Positions 10,296 through 19,904 of a stretch of 64,000 bases of DNA are shown here, piece after piece. How positions within the stretch are numbered: the first letter of the stretch is position 1; each line of letters begins with the position of its first letter. This DNA is from Thermoplasmata archaeon (GTDB lineage Archaea; Thermoplasmatota; Thermoplasmata; GCA-020350865): NCBI GenBank assembly GCA_020348445.1, contig CP070751.1, forward strand, positions 420,494 to 484,493. Reading direction: 5' to 3'. Below the pieces are notes generated by a model. The model made no database searches. It was not told the DNA's origin and saw nothing but the letters and a program-made list of their open reading frames with translations. Both the position numbers and the translations under genes were made by a program.

Positions 10296-10625
10296 CTATG
10301 AGGCTGCAACTAGGGTCTGCACATCCACTACACCATGGATTTCCCAGATCCTCCTCATCAATGCCTGTTTGTTTAGCTTGTTTCTCTCCCTGACTATCAG
10401 CACCAGATCATATTCTCCGTAAACCTTGTGGAAACCGTTGATACCCTGGATTTCCTTGAGCTCGGCCATGCTTTTTTCCATGGTGCCGGGAAGTAGTTTA
10501 ACCAAAATGAATGACGCCGAATGTTCTTGCGGTCTGTAGGAAGGCGGGGGTGCCACGATTTTCGGTCTTAGGGTGCCTTCGGCAAATACTGGAGTTATAT
10601 CAGAATTGTCTTTGTCATGTTTCAA
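10296..10625 (-). CDS. Lrp/AsnC ligand-binding domain protein
   Basis: VYGEYDLV motif. Likely TTG start at 10625 after an AGGTGA RBS. Confidence 0.8.
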   Translation of the reverse strand: MKHDKDNSDITPVFAEGTLRPKIVAPPPSYRPQEHSASFILVKLLPGTMEKSMAELKEIQGINGFHKVYGEYDLVLIVRERNKLNKQALMRRIWEIHGVVDVQTLVAAS

Positions 10626-10687
10626 GGTATCACCTACCTTAATTATTGTAGAATAATTATAAATCCGTTTTGAACCAAAAATCAAGG

Positions 10688-11293
10688 CTAAAAATCAACA
10701 TTCATAATCATATTCAATAACAATTTATGGACTCTCGTATCATTGGTTAGCTCAGGGTGAAAAGCAGCAGCAATAAGGTTATCTTGCCTTGCCAAAACAA
10801 TCTTATCCTCAAAGGTGGCCAGGGTCTCGCATTCAGACCAAATCTTCTCTATTGCAGGTGCGCGGATGAACACAGCCTTATAGGGTGAATCAAAACCCTT
10901 GATTTCGAGTTTCGTCTCAAAGGATTCACGTTGTCTTCCAAAAGCGTTTCGTGCGACCTTCATATCCATTAAGCCAAGGAGGTTTGTATCTGTTTTATTT
11001 ACCTCCAAATCCCCCTCCTTTGCCAGAAGTATACAACCTGCACATGTACCCATAATGGGCATTTTCGCAAAGGCCTTGTCTTTGATCATCTGAGATAATC
11101 CTGATTTTTCAATGAGCCTGGATATGGTAGTGCTCTCTCCCCCGGGAATGATCAGGCCTTGCACTTCCTTCAATTCCCTCTTACCCTTCACCTGAATTGC
11201 TTCTCCTTTAACATCCATCTCTAAAAAGGCTCTTTTTACGGCCTCTATATGCTCTGATACCGCCCCCTGAAGGGCAATTACTCCCACCTTCAT
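10688..11293 (-). CDS. pdxT: Pyridoxal 5'-phosphate synthase glutaminase subunit
   Basis: ALQGAVSEH, IIPGGESTT, GTCAG (catalytic Cys), FIRAP and FHPE motifs. Confidence 0.96.
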   Translation of the reverse strand: MKVGVIALQGAVSEHIEAVKRAFLEMDVKGEAIQVKGKRELKEVQGLIIPGGESTTISRLIEKSGLSQMIKDKAFAKMPIMGTCAGCILLAKEGDLEVNKTDTNLLGLMDMKVARNAFGRQRESFETKLEIKGFDSPYKAVFIRAPAIEKIWSECETLATFEDKIVLARQDNLIAAAFHPELTNDTRVHKLLLNMIMNVDF

Positions 11294-11323
11294 TTATTCA
11301 CCATATGTATCTAAAAGAACACT

Positions 11324-12358
11324 TTAGGCTTTCTTCTCAAGATATATTAATATATCTTTGGGTTTCAGTTTAATTGCATCCATGTCCTTTGCATCAAGGA
11401 GCTTTTTATCCCTATAAACTCCCATGACCACTATGCCCTTCAGTTCTTTTGGTCCCTTCCCGATTTCCCCTTCTGTTACCACTCTTTGGCTGGATCTTAC
11501 ACCGCGCTGTGCTGTGAGCATGTCCTGAAATAAAAGCGCTAGATGCTCGTTTTGGGTTGCCGCGGCCATGAGATGTCCTCCTGCAATTGAGGGCGAGATT
11601 ATGATATCGGCGCCGCTTCTCGTAAGGAGTTTGAAATTCTCCTCTTGATTTGCCCTAGCAATTATCTTGATGTTCTTGTTCATGTCCCGTGCTGTGAGGC
11701 TTATCAGGACATTGGCATCATCTCTTGGGAAGGTAATTATGATGTGTCTTGCCTTTGTTACCGCGGCCTTTGTGAGCATGGCCTCCTTGGAAGCGTCGCC
11801 TAAAAAGCCCATAAATCCATCCTCGGCAGCTTCGCTAATTGCCTCCTGATTGTTATCTATTACTATTATCTGCTCCTTTTGATAGTTCTTTGCCACAAGC
11901 TCCTTTGCCGTGGCCTTTCCCGTGTTTCCATAGCCTGCGATGATCACGTGGTTCTCCAACTCCTTCTGAAGCTTCTTCATGCGCCTTTCCTCCATAAACT
12001 GCTGTAATACCAATTGATAGGCAGTGCCTATAAAAACGATCCAGATAATGGCCCTCATTGGTGTTGCTACAAATGAATCAAATAGCATTGCAAAAGTACT
12101 GTTGGGATGGATGTCCCCGTACCCTGTTGTGGTAATGGTGATGGCTGTAAAGTATATGACATCCACGGCATCCACCTCACCGTCTCTTGTGTCCTCCAAT
12201 CCCTCCCTATCCAACCAAAAAGCCAAGGCTATGATGCATAGTAGAATGAATATGAACAGCATTCTGTAAAGCAGGGTTTTTAATGGTGAGGTTTTATCCT
12301 TGACAAACAGTATCTTTCCTCTCAGACGCAACACCGTGTGCAGGTTATGATTTAACAT
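11324..12358 (-). CDS. Potassium channel (2TM pore + RCK/TrkA-N)
   Basis: Canonical filter TITTTGYGD, two TM helices and an RCK Rossmann motif IAGYGNTG. Confidence 0.92.
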   Translation of the reverse strand: MLNHNLHTVLRLRGKILFVKDKTSPLKTLLYRMLFIFILLCIIALAFWLDREGLEDTRDGEVDAVDVIYFTAITITTTGYGDIHPNSTFAMLFDSFVATPMRAIIWIVFIGTAYQLVLQQFMEERRMKKLQKELENHVIIAGYGNTGKATAKELVAKNYQKEQIIVIDNNQEAISEAAEDGFMGFLGDASKEAMLTKAAVTKARHIIITFPRDDANVLISLTARDMNKNIKIIARANQEENFKLLTRSGADIIISPSIAGGHLMAAATQNEHLALLFQDMLTAQRGVRSSQRVVTEGEIGKGPKELKGIVVMGVYRDKKLLDAKDMDAIKLKPKDILIYLEKKA

Positions 12359-12445
12359 GTTTTAAATGTTTTTAATGCAAAGGAGTAACTTGAAAAAGCC
12401 ATAAATTTTTAATACCCACTAGCAGTTGTCGTAACGGGCTTTGGG

Positions 12446-13513
12446 ATGCAGGACAATATCTTAAAAAGAAGGGTAGCTGTACTGATAGTAGCCATAATTG
12501 CCCTTCTGGTTTTGAGCCCCATAGGGTATATGATAATAAGAGGGACGGTCGAGGACAAACCAGCGTCGTTTATCGAGGCATTTTTCTGGACAGTGGCAAC
12601 GATAACAACCATGGGTGCTCCAAGCGAGCTGGTTCTTGCAAGTGAGGTGGGCAGGGTCTACACAGTGATCGTGGTTTTCTCGGGAATCGCAATATTCTTC
12701 ATAGGCTTTCCATTCTTCATCATAGGGCCCTGGCTTGAGGAGCAGGTGAAAAAGGCAACGTCCCCGGAGCGCATCCCCCTGCCTGAAAAGGATCATGTTA
12801 TTGTATGTGGATACACTGAAATGGGCGAGGAGGTAATAGACGATCTAGAGCTGCACAACGTCCCCTATATACTAATTGACCAGGACAAGAGCCTTGGAGA
12901 CAAACTCGTTAGAAGCAAGACCCCCTTTATAATAGGCGATGCCAGGGATGCAGATGTTCTAAAGAGGGCAAATATCGAATCATCCTTTTGTGTCGTGACT
13001 GCGGAAAACGACTCCAAGAATCCCATAATATGCCTTACAGCCAAAAGCATAAAACCCGATCTCAGAATCATAGCCAGCGTTGACGACGAGGAGCATGAGG
13101 AGGTTCTCATACGTGCAGGTGCCACAAAGGTTGTATCACCCAGGGCTTCCTCGGGAGTATTGCTGGCAAATATGGCACTCTCCCGCTTCGATGTTGATAT
13201 CAAGGGCAAGATCGCACTTTTGGAGAAGATGCATATCTGGCAGTATCCAATAAGCCATGACTCTGCATTAAAGGACAAGACCCTAAACGAGGCAGGCATC
13301 AGAAAGAAGACTGGGGCAACTGTAATCGGACTTTGGAAGAATAAGACACTGATCATAAATCCCTCCGCCAACGAAATCTTACCCGAGGGCTCAATACTTG
13401 TAACTATAGGTACCCCAGAGCAGCTCTCCAAAATCGGTGAGATCATGGTAACTGAGGAATCAAAGGCCAAGAAAAAGAAGAAAGAAGGCAAAAAATCCGG
13501 AGGTTCAGAATAA
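12446..13513 (+). CDS. Potassium-channel-like protein (2TM pore + TrkA-N + TrkA-C) with non-canonical filter
   Basis: Pore helix FFWTVATITTMGAP, VCGYTEMG RCK domain and a TrkA-C domain (KKTGATVIGL). Confidence 0.88.
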   Translation: MQDNILKRRVAVLIVAIIALLVLSPIGYMIIRGTVEDKPASFIEAFFWTVATITTMGAPSELVLASEVGRVYTVIVVFSGIAIFFIGFPFFIIGPWLEEQVKKATSPERIPLPEKDHVIVCGYTEMGEEVIDDLELHNVPYILIDQDKSLGDKLVRSKTPFIIGDARDADVLKRANIESSFCVVTAENDSKNPIICLTAKSIKPDLRIIASVDDEEHEEVLIRAGATKVVSPRASSGVLLANMALSRFDVDIKGKIALLEKMHIWQYPISHDSALKDKTLNEAGIRKKTGATVIGLWKNKTLIINPSANEILPEGSILVTIGTPEQLSKIGEIMVTEESKAKKKKKEGKKSGGSE

Positions 13514-14175
13514 TGGTCAAAGTGATAGTTTGCGGCTACGGAACAGTGGGCAGGAAGGTGGTGGAGGAGCTGAGAAAGGCAAAGGTGGACTACTGTGTAA
13601 TAGACCGTAATGGCGAGGTTTTCAAGGACGAGGTGTTCAAGTTCATAGTCGGTGACTCCATGAAAAAGAGGGTGCTTAAAGCCGCGGGAACAAGCTCAGC
13701 CGAGATGCTCATTGCCGCATGCGATACAGACGAGACAAATATATTTACAATCCTTGTAGCCAAGGGATTGAATCCAAAATTGAGGATATTTGCCCTTGGT
13801 AAAAAAAGCGAGAGCATAAAGAAGCTGTACATGGCAGGAGCAGAGGCAGTGGTCTCAAGCTCGGCAGCCGGGGGAAGGGCTATTGCAAAGCATGCGATCA
13901 TGCCCCATGTGGCAGAGTTCGTTGACAGGATAACTTTGACAAAGGATGTTCACATATCTGAACTTGTGATATCTTCAAAATCCAGGCTAGTCAATGTACA
14001 GTTGAAGAACTCCCGAATCAGGGAGAACACTGGTGTATCAATTTTGGCGATAAGAAGGGGAAAGGAGCTGATACCGAATCCTCCAAGCAACACAGTGCTG
14101 CATGCCAAGGAGACCCTGATAGTAATTGGAAACCGGGAGCAGATAAAGTTACTTTCTCGGATAACTAAGGGTTAG
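13513..14175 (+). CDS. Soluble RCK (TrkA-N/TrkA-C) regulatory subunit
   Basis: VCGYGTVG Rossmann motif and a TrkA-C domain (RENTGVSILAIRRG). Translationally coupled (TAATG) to the channel gene. Confidence 0.9.
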   Translation: MVKVIVCGYGTVGRKVVEELRKAKVDYCVIDRNGEVFKDEVFKFIVGDSMKKRVLKAAGTSSAEMLIAACDTDETNIFTILVAKGLNPKLRIFALGKKSESIKKLYMAGAEAVVSSSAAGGRAIAKHAIMPHVAEFVDRITLTKDVHISELVISSKSRLVNVQLKNSRIRENTGVSILAIRRGKELIPNPPSNTVLHAKETLIVIGNREQIKLLSRITKG

Positions 14176-15305
14176 TGGGTGATGGTATCGATTACGATGT
14201 TATCGTTGTGGGAGCAGGCCCAGCTGGACTGGTTGCCGGGGAATATGCGGCCAGAACCGGAGCCAAGGTTGTTGTAATAGACAGGAAAAGAGAAATCGGG
14301 GCCCCTGTGAGGTGTGGAGAAGGTCTTGGCACTCCAAGTTTTGACCTTCTGGGTCTTCAACCCTCTTCTGATTTTGTCTTGAATAAAGTGAACAAGGCGG
14401 TGTTATTCTCGCCTAAAGGAAGGACATTAAAAATCAGTTTTCCCTATAGGGAATTCTCCTTGTATAGTCTTGATAGATGTGCTTTCGAAAAGACGTTGGC
14501 ATCCCGTATGGAAGCACAGGGAGGAGAAACCCTATTAGACACACAAGCCACAGGGCTTTTAAGAAAAGAAGGGAAAATCTTGGGTTTGAAGACTACAAAA
14601 GGAGGGATTTTGGGGAAGGTAATCATAGGAGCAGATGGTCTCGAGTCGAGAATTGGTAGGTGGTGCAAACTTGTTAAGAGACTCAAAATGAACGAGATTT
14701 ATACTTGTGCCCAGTACACCCTTATTGATCTGGAGGGGATAGACGATCACTTCGAGATACATTTTGGCGCAAAATACGCACCCGGGGGTTATGCCTGGCT
14801 ATTTCCCAAAGGAAACAGGGAAGTGAATCTTGGGTTGGGTGTTTTAGCGTCATACAACCAAAAACCTATAGAGCTTCTTAATAAATTCAAAAAAAAGAGG
14901 GCCGAAAAAGCTCATTTTACACGATTTGTTACAGGCTGTATACCCTCCACACTGCCCCCACCTAAAACTGTGAAGGAGAATATTCTTCTTGTCGGTGATG
15001 CTGCAAGGCAAACTAACGCGGTTTCAGGGGGCGGGATTGCAAATGCGATTTTAGCCGGAAAGATAGCAGGGAAGGTGGCAGGAGAGGTATCAGTGGGGAA
15101 TAAACCCATTTCTAGTTTGGAGGAATACGAAACTTCTTGGAGAAGCCATCTGGAAAAGATCCTGATTAAAAAGTACAAGCAGAGAAGATTCCTTGAAAGC
15201 GACAAAAAAAACGAAAGGATGTTCAGCTTTATGAAGCTGGCTGCAACCCTCAAACCAATAATACCAAAAAGCGTGATAGTACGGTGGCTTACCCCTGACT
15301 TTTAA
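14175..15305 (+). CDS. Geranylgeranyl reductase family (digeranylgeranylglycerophospholipid reductase-like)
   Basis: VVGAGPAG FAD motif, PVRCGEG, APGGYAWLFP and LVGDAA motifs. Confidence 0.9.
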   Translation: MGDGIDYDVIVVGAGPAGLVAGEYAARTGAKVVVIDRKREIGAPVRCGEGLGTPSFDLLGLQPSSDFVLNKVNKAVLFSPKGRTLKISFPYREFSLYSLDRCAFEKTLASRMEAQGGETLLDTQATGLLRKEGKILGLKTTKGGILGKVIIGADGLESRIGRWCKLVKRLKMNEIYTCAQYTLIDLEGIDDHFEIHFGAKYAPGGYAWLFPKGNREVNLGLGVLASYNQKPIELLNKFKKKRAEKAHFTRFVTGCIPSTLPPPKTVKENILLVGDAARQTNAVSGGGIANAILAGKIAGKVAGEVSVGNKPISSLEEYETSWRSHLEKILIKKYKQRRFLESDKKNERMFSFMKLAATLKPIIPKSVIVRWLTPDF

Positions 15306-15844
15306 AGGGCATTTATTGTTTTCATCTCTTTTAATATCAAACGGATCTCAGGGGTTTTTATTTTTAAGTCCGCTTCTTTTATGAATTCATAAAGGTCCTT
15401 TTCAGGGGACATCTTCTGGTATTCCACAGCAGTTATCGCCATCTCAAGTTTGTCGATTTCTCTTAGTATCTTTGCTTCCTTGCTCTCCCCCTTCTCATAT
15501 TCCATCCACAGGTTGAGGATTTGTTCTTTATTGGATATATCCAGAAGTAGTTCTCTCAGACCTTCTTCTTCTTTTTCCCGCTTTTCCTCCCTTGTTATTC
15601 CGTCATGCGGAGTGATATCACCTGCCATAACCTCTGCAAGGTCATGGACAACTGCCATGCGAATTAGCTTGGAGGAATCCACATCCAAAGTGTCCCCCAG
15701 CACCATTGCCATAAAGACTGTTCTGAAGGAGTGATCTGCAACTGACTCAGGCTCTGGGATTTTGTGCCTAAGCCAGCCTGATCTGAGCAATCTCTTGAGC
15801 TTTCCCACCCTAAAAAACAATTGAGTTTGCGCTCTTTCGTTCAT
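15302..15844 (-). CDS. HD-domain phosphohydrolase (YfbR/HDDC2-like 5'-deoxynucleotidase)
   Basis: LKRLLRSGW, ESVADHSFR, VHDLAE and DKLE motifs. Confidence 0.9.
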   Translation of the reverse strand: MNERAQTQLFFRVGKLKRLLRSGWLRHKIPEPESVADHSFRTVFMAMVLGDTLDVDSSKLIRMAVVHDLAEVMAGDITPHDGITREEKREKEEEGLRELLLDISNKEQILNLWMEYEKGESKEAKILREIDKLEMAITAVEYQKMSPEKDLYEFIKEADLKIKTPEIRLILKEMKTINAL

Positions 15845-15864
15845 ATCCTCACCTCATAAAGATG

Positions 15865-16509
15865 TTATTTTAATTTAGAAAGATGTTTTAAGAAATCATC
15901 TTTTAGCTCCTGGGGAAGGAAATTCAACTTCAAGTCCGAGATTCTTGAGAAGACAAGCATTTTACATAAAAACTCCAAGGTCTCTGTTTTAAGAAGGGCG
16001 TCATCCAGACTTTTTGCCCAGCAGATTGCCCCGTGGTTTGAGAGAATTATTATGTCGCTGTTCAATGCCTTTTCAGAGACTGACTTGGCAAGTTCCATGC
16101 TCCCTGGATGATTGTACTCCACCCTGCCTATCTTCTCTATGTACGCCATTGACTCGGGAAAAAGCTTGGTATCCACTTCAAAATCTGTGCAGGATACAAG
16201 TGTTGTGAAAAACGGTTGTGAATGAAACACACAATTGGCTTCTTTTTGGATTTTGTATATCTCGGTATGCATTTTCAACTCGATGGATGGTTTTCCTTTA
16301 TCTTGTGGTTCTTCGTTCTCCAGATTCATTACCACAAAGTCATTTTCATTTAGTTTTTCAAGGTGTGCACCCGAGCCAGTGATCAAGTATGTTTGTTCAT
16401 CCAGCCTGCAACTGATGTTGCCCGAGTGACCCCATATCAGATTCTTTGTTTCTGCCTCAGATCCGAATTCTACCATGCTCTTGATCAGCATCTTTTTATT
16501 TGGTACCAT
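15865..16509 (-). CDS. Class II aldolase/adducin family protein
   Basis: SGNISCR, PSIE, LSNHGA motifs. Confidence 0.88.
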   Translation of the reverse strand: MVPNKKMLIKSMVEFGSEAETKNLIWGHSGNISCRLDEQTYLITGSGAHLEKLNENDFVVMNLENEEPQDKGKPSIELKMHTEIYKIQKEANCVFHSQPFFTTLVSCTDFEVDTKLFPESMAYIEKIGRVEYNHPGSMELAKSVSEKALNSDIIILSNHGAICWAKSLDDALLKTETLEFLCKMLVFSRISDLKLNFLPQELKDDFLKHLSKLK

Positions 16510-16590
16510 AAAAGGATAATCCCTATTACATATTATATTACTTTCTTAAGATGCACAAGATTATAAAAGAACCAAGATTTTAAAACGACG

Positions 16591-17973
16591 TTACTCTACC
16601 TGATCTATAATGTCTGAATCACTACTGTGATAAATCGTGGTAACCTTTTGGTTGATATTTATCCTCAGGCGATCTTCATTTATTATCCCTTGATATTTGG
16701 TTGGTAATGCGTCCATATAGTCCTGATATATTGAATAGAATTCACTTGCCTCGCCTGTGGTGTCCCAGGTGATTTTTAAAACAGACAGATAATCTGTGTC
16801 ATTTTTATAATAGTAATATTTATCACCACCCCAACCTTCTGCCGCATCTGCTGCATCCGATTCTGAGATGTAATTAACCAGCATAACATAGAGGGTGTAT
16901 TCCCCCATTATTTCCTCGAATACAAGGTCCATACCCTGCACATTCTTGTCAAAACTCACACTCACAGGTTCTTCCCTCTGATGATATTTTTCAATGTGCA
17001 TTATCTGCTCTGTGGAAACTGGTGGGTCATAGTACAGTTTGTTTACCTCATCCCATCCTCCGTCATCATATATTTCCTCTACAAATTCCTCACCATAGAG
17101 ATAAGGAAAATACATAAGTCTTAAAACCATCTCTGGGATATAAACGCTAGAACCAACAATCTTTGATATTTCTTTATTATACTCTCTTTTTTCGCTGGTA
17201 GATAGTGTATCTTTGTAAATATTCTCTGTCAAACTCGCATCTCCCTCGACAACTGCCTCCCTTGCAGCATCTTCTTCGCTGTCTGCTCCCTTCTCAAATG
17301 CCGTGAGATTGAAATGCTGATCCTGAAGTGCATGTGTGAACTCATGCGATAATATCACTCTGTCCATAATTGATGCATGCCCTTCTACCAACCATACCTC
17401 TTTTTCCTCTGGTTTATAGAATCCAAGTATCTGGGACGAATATGCATCTAATATTATTTGAGTCAGGTTCTCTTCGTAATCCAAAAGAAACAAGGCGTCC
17501 ATAACAAGTCTCAATTCCTCCATCTCTTCATAGTCCTCGGGTTCAAGTGATTGGATGATGTCTTGTCTTAGTTCATCTTCGGTAAGGTACATTACCGGGA
17601 CATCCTGAAGCACATCCAGTTCCCTGATCTTCGAGACATCATTGATCGTTACCATATCATTTTCGTCAGGGGGTTTATACAAAACTGTATATGCGTACAC
17701 TGCCAACACCAACATAATAACCACAAAAGCAGTGGCAATTATCGGGAAAACCTTGCGCTTCTGCTTTGGAGGAGGCGGCTTTTCTGCTGGTTGTGGGAAA
17801 TACTGGTGCTTTGCGACGGGTGGTTGTGGTTGGACTGCAGGTTGCTGAACTTGTGGAGGTAATGTATATACATTGCATCGATAGCAGTACCATTGATTGT
17901 ATTGGGGAATGTATGTAAGGGGACCATTGCAGTATTGACAGGCATTTAGTTGCATTTGTGGTGAATAATTCAT
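16591..17973 (-). CDS. Membrane-anchored HExxH metallopeptidase-like protein with N-terminal Zn ribbon
   Basis: CQYC...WYCYRC ribbon, Pro/Gln-rich linker, one TM, then HEFTHALQDQHF and VVEGDA (gluzincin-like; resembles the Hvo_1808 family). Start moved to ATG 17973. Confidence 0.8.
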   Translation of the reverse strand: MNYSPQMQLNACQYCNGPLTYIPQYNQWYCYRCNVYTLPPQVQQPAVQPQPPVAKHQYFPQPAEKPPPPKQKRKVFPIIATAFVVIMLVLAVYAYTVLYKPPDENDMVTINDVSKIRELDVLQDVPVMYLTEDELRQDIIQSLEPEDYEEMEELRLVMDALFLLDYEENLTQIILDAYSSQILGFYKPEEKEVWLVEGHASIMDRVILSHEFTHALQDQHFNLTAFEKGADSEEDAAREAVVEGDASLTENIYKDTLSTSEKREYNKEISKIVGSSVYIPEMVLRLMYFPYLYGEEFVEEIYDDGGWDEVNKLYYDPPVSTEQIMHIEKYHQREEPVSVSFDKNVQGMDLVFEEIMGEYTLYVMLVNYISESDAADAAEGWGGDKYYYYKNDTDYLSVLKITWDTTGEASEFYSIYQDYMDALPTKYQGIINEDRLRININQKVTTIYHSSDSDIIDQVE

Positions 17974-18102
17974 AATATCATCATTTTTGGTATAATAAAT
18001 TATGTATCGTTCCAATATTATATAAATGTATATCAACTTACTTATGCACGCATCCCATACGTTCATTTATGAAGTAATACAAAACAAATGAATAAGGCTA
18101 TC

Positions 18103-18131
18103 GTCGAACTATACTTCGACAGTTTTATATA
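18103..18131 (+). promoter_or_regulatory. Inverted repeat (putative operator) next to a TATA box
   Basis: GTCGAA-N6-TTCGAC at 18103-18120, then TTTATATA at 18124-18131, 24 nt before ATG 18155 (consistent with a leaderless transcript). Confidence 0.6.
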
Positions 18132-18154
18132 CGCCATCATGTATTCACATCCAC

Positions 18155-18832
18155 ATGAAAATGGAACTCAAAGAGAAGATTGCAGGGGAAATCTCCCTGT
18201 CTGAAGAGCCTGGTGTGACAATAAGGAAATGGAGAGAGGCCTTTGCCCTGAGCCAGCAGGAGCTTGCAGAGTATCTCGGTATTTCGCCGTCTGTGATATC
18301 GGACTACGAATCAGGAAGAAGAAAATCACCTGGTGTGGCAACAGTAAAAAGGATTGTGGATGCCCTAATTGAGCTCGATGAAAAGGCTGGGGGCAGGATA
18401 CTCAAACGGTACCAGTCAGAAAAACAGAACAAGGCGATTTTGAGTATGAAGGAGTTTCCGGTGCCTGTTCCCACCAAGAAGTTCGTATCGTCTATAAAAG
18501 GCAAGAACCTTTCAAAGGTTTCATTTGAAAGCGACGTTCATGGGTACACGGTAATAGACAGCCTGAGGGCCATAACATCCCTGGATTCGTCTGATTACCT
18601 TAAAATCTACGGGTGGAGCAGTCAAAGGGCCCTGATATTCACTGGTGTCAAGTACGGAAGATCACCCATGGTAGCAATCAGGGCGCACCCATTAAAACCG
18701 GCCATGGTAGTGTTTCATGAACCCGAGCGTGTGGACGACCTTGCTGTGAAGCTGGCGAACCTTGAGAGAATACCTCTTGTGGTTACTGATTTATCCATGC
18801 AGAAGCTGATTGAAAGGCTTGAGGCTCTATAA
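18155..18832 (+). CDS. XRE-family HTH transcriptional regulator (archaeal COG1709 type)
   Basis: N-terminal HTH (LSQQELAEYLGISPSVISDYESGRRK) and GRSPMVAIR motif. This family is commonly found upstream of HMG-CoA synthase. Confidence 0.9.
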   Translation: MKMELKEKIAGEISLSEEPGVTIRKWREAFALSQQELAEYLGISPSVISDYESGRRKSPGVATVKRIVDALIELDEKAGGRILKRYQSEKQNKAILSMKEFPVPVPTKKFVSSIKGKNLSKVSFESDVHGYTVIDSLRAITSLDSSDYLKIYGWSSQRALIFTGVKYGRSPMVAIRAHPLKPAMVVFHEPERVDDLAVKLANLERIPLVVTDLSMQKLIERLEAL

Positions 18833-18850
18833 TTTTTCGAGGGTGAGTAA

Positions 18851-19903
18851 ATGGAAGTTGGTATAGTGAGTTATGGTGCGTACGTACCACGATACAGGAT
18901 CAAACCCCATGAGATCGCAGCTGTATGGGGAGTTGACGGGGATGCCATGAGCAAGGGACTTGGAATTCAAAGCAAATCTGTTCCAGGTCCTGATGAGGAT
19001 GTCATTACAATCGCTGTGGAGGCAGCACGAATCGCACTTTCAAGATGTAAAATAGATACAAAAGATATAGGATCCATTTATGTGGGTTCAGAGTCCCATC
19101 CCTACGCAGTCAAACCTTCTGCTACAATTGTTGCAGAGGCAATAGGTGCAACTCCTGATTTGACAGCAGCTGATTACGAGTTCGCGTGCAAGGCAGGAAC
19201 AGCGGCAATTCAGACTTGCGCTGGGCTTGTTGGTTCCGGTTCAATTAAATATGGTGTGGCAATAGGTTCTGACACCTCTCAGGGAGCCCCTGGAGACGCA
19301 CTTGAGTACACTGCCTCAGCAGGCGGTGCCGCATTCATCATAGGATCTGAAAATGTGATAGCAAAAATCAATAGAACATGTTCTTACACAACAGATACAC
19401 CAGATTTCTGGAGACGGGAGGGCGAGAAGTACCCAAGTCACGGTGGTAGGTTCACAGGCGAACCCGCGTATTTCAAACATATAATCTCCTGTGCCGGCAA
19501 TCTTATGAAGAAGCAGGACACAAAACCCTCTGACTACAACTATGCAGTGTTTCACCAGCCCAATGGCAAGTTCCCTGTTTCAGTGGCAAAGAAATTGGGC
19601 TTTACAAAGGAGCAGATTAAAGAGGGCCTTTTGACTCCTGTCATTGGTAACACATATTCTGGTGCAGTGATGATAGGGCTTGCCGCAGTTTTGGATGTTG
19701 CCAAACCCGAGGATAGAATCCTCATGGTTGCATACGGCTCAGGTGCAGGCTCAGACAGCTTTGACATAACTGTGACAGATGAAATAGAAAAACTAAATCG
19801 CAACGGCACGCAATCTGTTTCGGCTCTAATCAAAAACCACAAGTTCGTGTCCTATGCAACCTACGCAAAGTACATGGGCAAGATACATCTGAGGGGTGCA
19901 TAA
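18851..19903 (+). CDS. hmgB: Archaeal hydroxymethylglutaryl-CoA synthase
   Basis: [20 protein letters not shown] (catalytic Cys), FHQPNGKFP and GNTYSG motifs. Confidence 0.95.
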   Translation: MEVGIVSYGAYVPRYRIKPHEIAAVWGVDGDAMSKGLGIQSKSVPGPDEDVITIAVEAARIALSRCKIDTKDIGSIYVGSESHPYAVKPSATIVAEAIGATPDLTAADYEFACKAGTAAIQTCAGLVGSGSIKYGVAIGSDTSQGAPGDALEYTASAGGAAFIIGSENVIAKINRTCSYTTDTPDFWRREGEKYPSHGGRFTGEPAYFKHIISCAGNLMKKQDTKPSDYNYAVFHQPNGKFPVSVAKKLGFTKEQIKEGLLTPVIGNTYSGAVMIGLAAVLDVAKPEDRILMVAYGSGAGSDSFDITVTDEIEKLNRNGTQSVSALIKNHKFVSYATYAKYMGKIHLRGA

Positions 19904-19904
19904 T

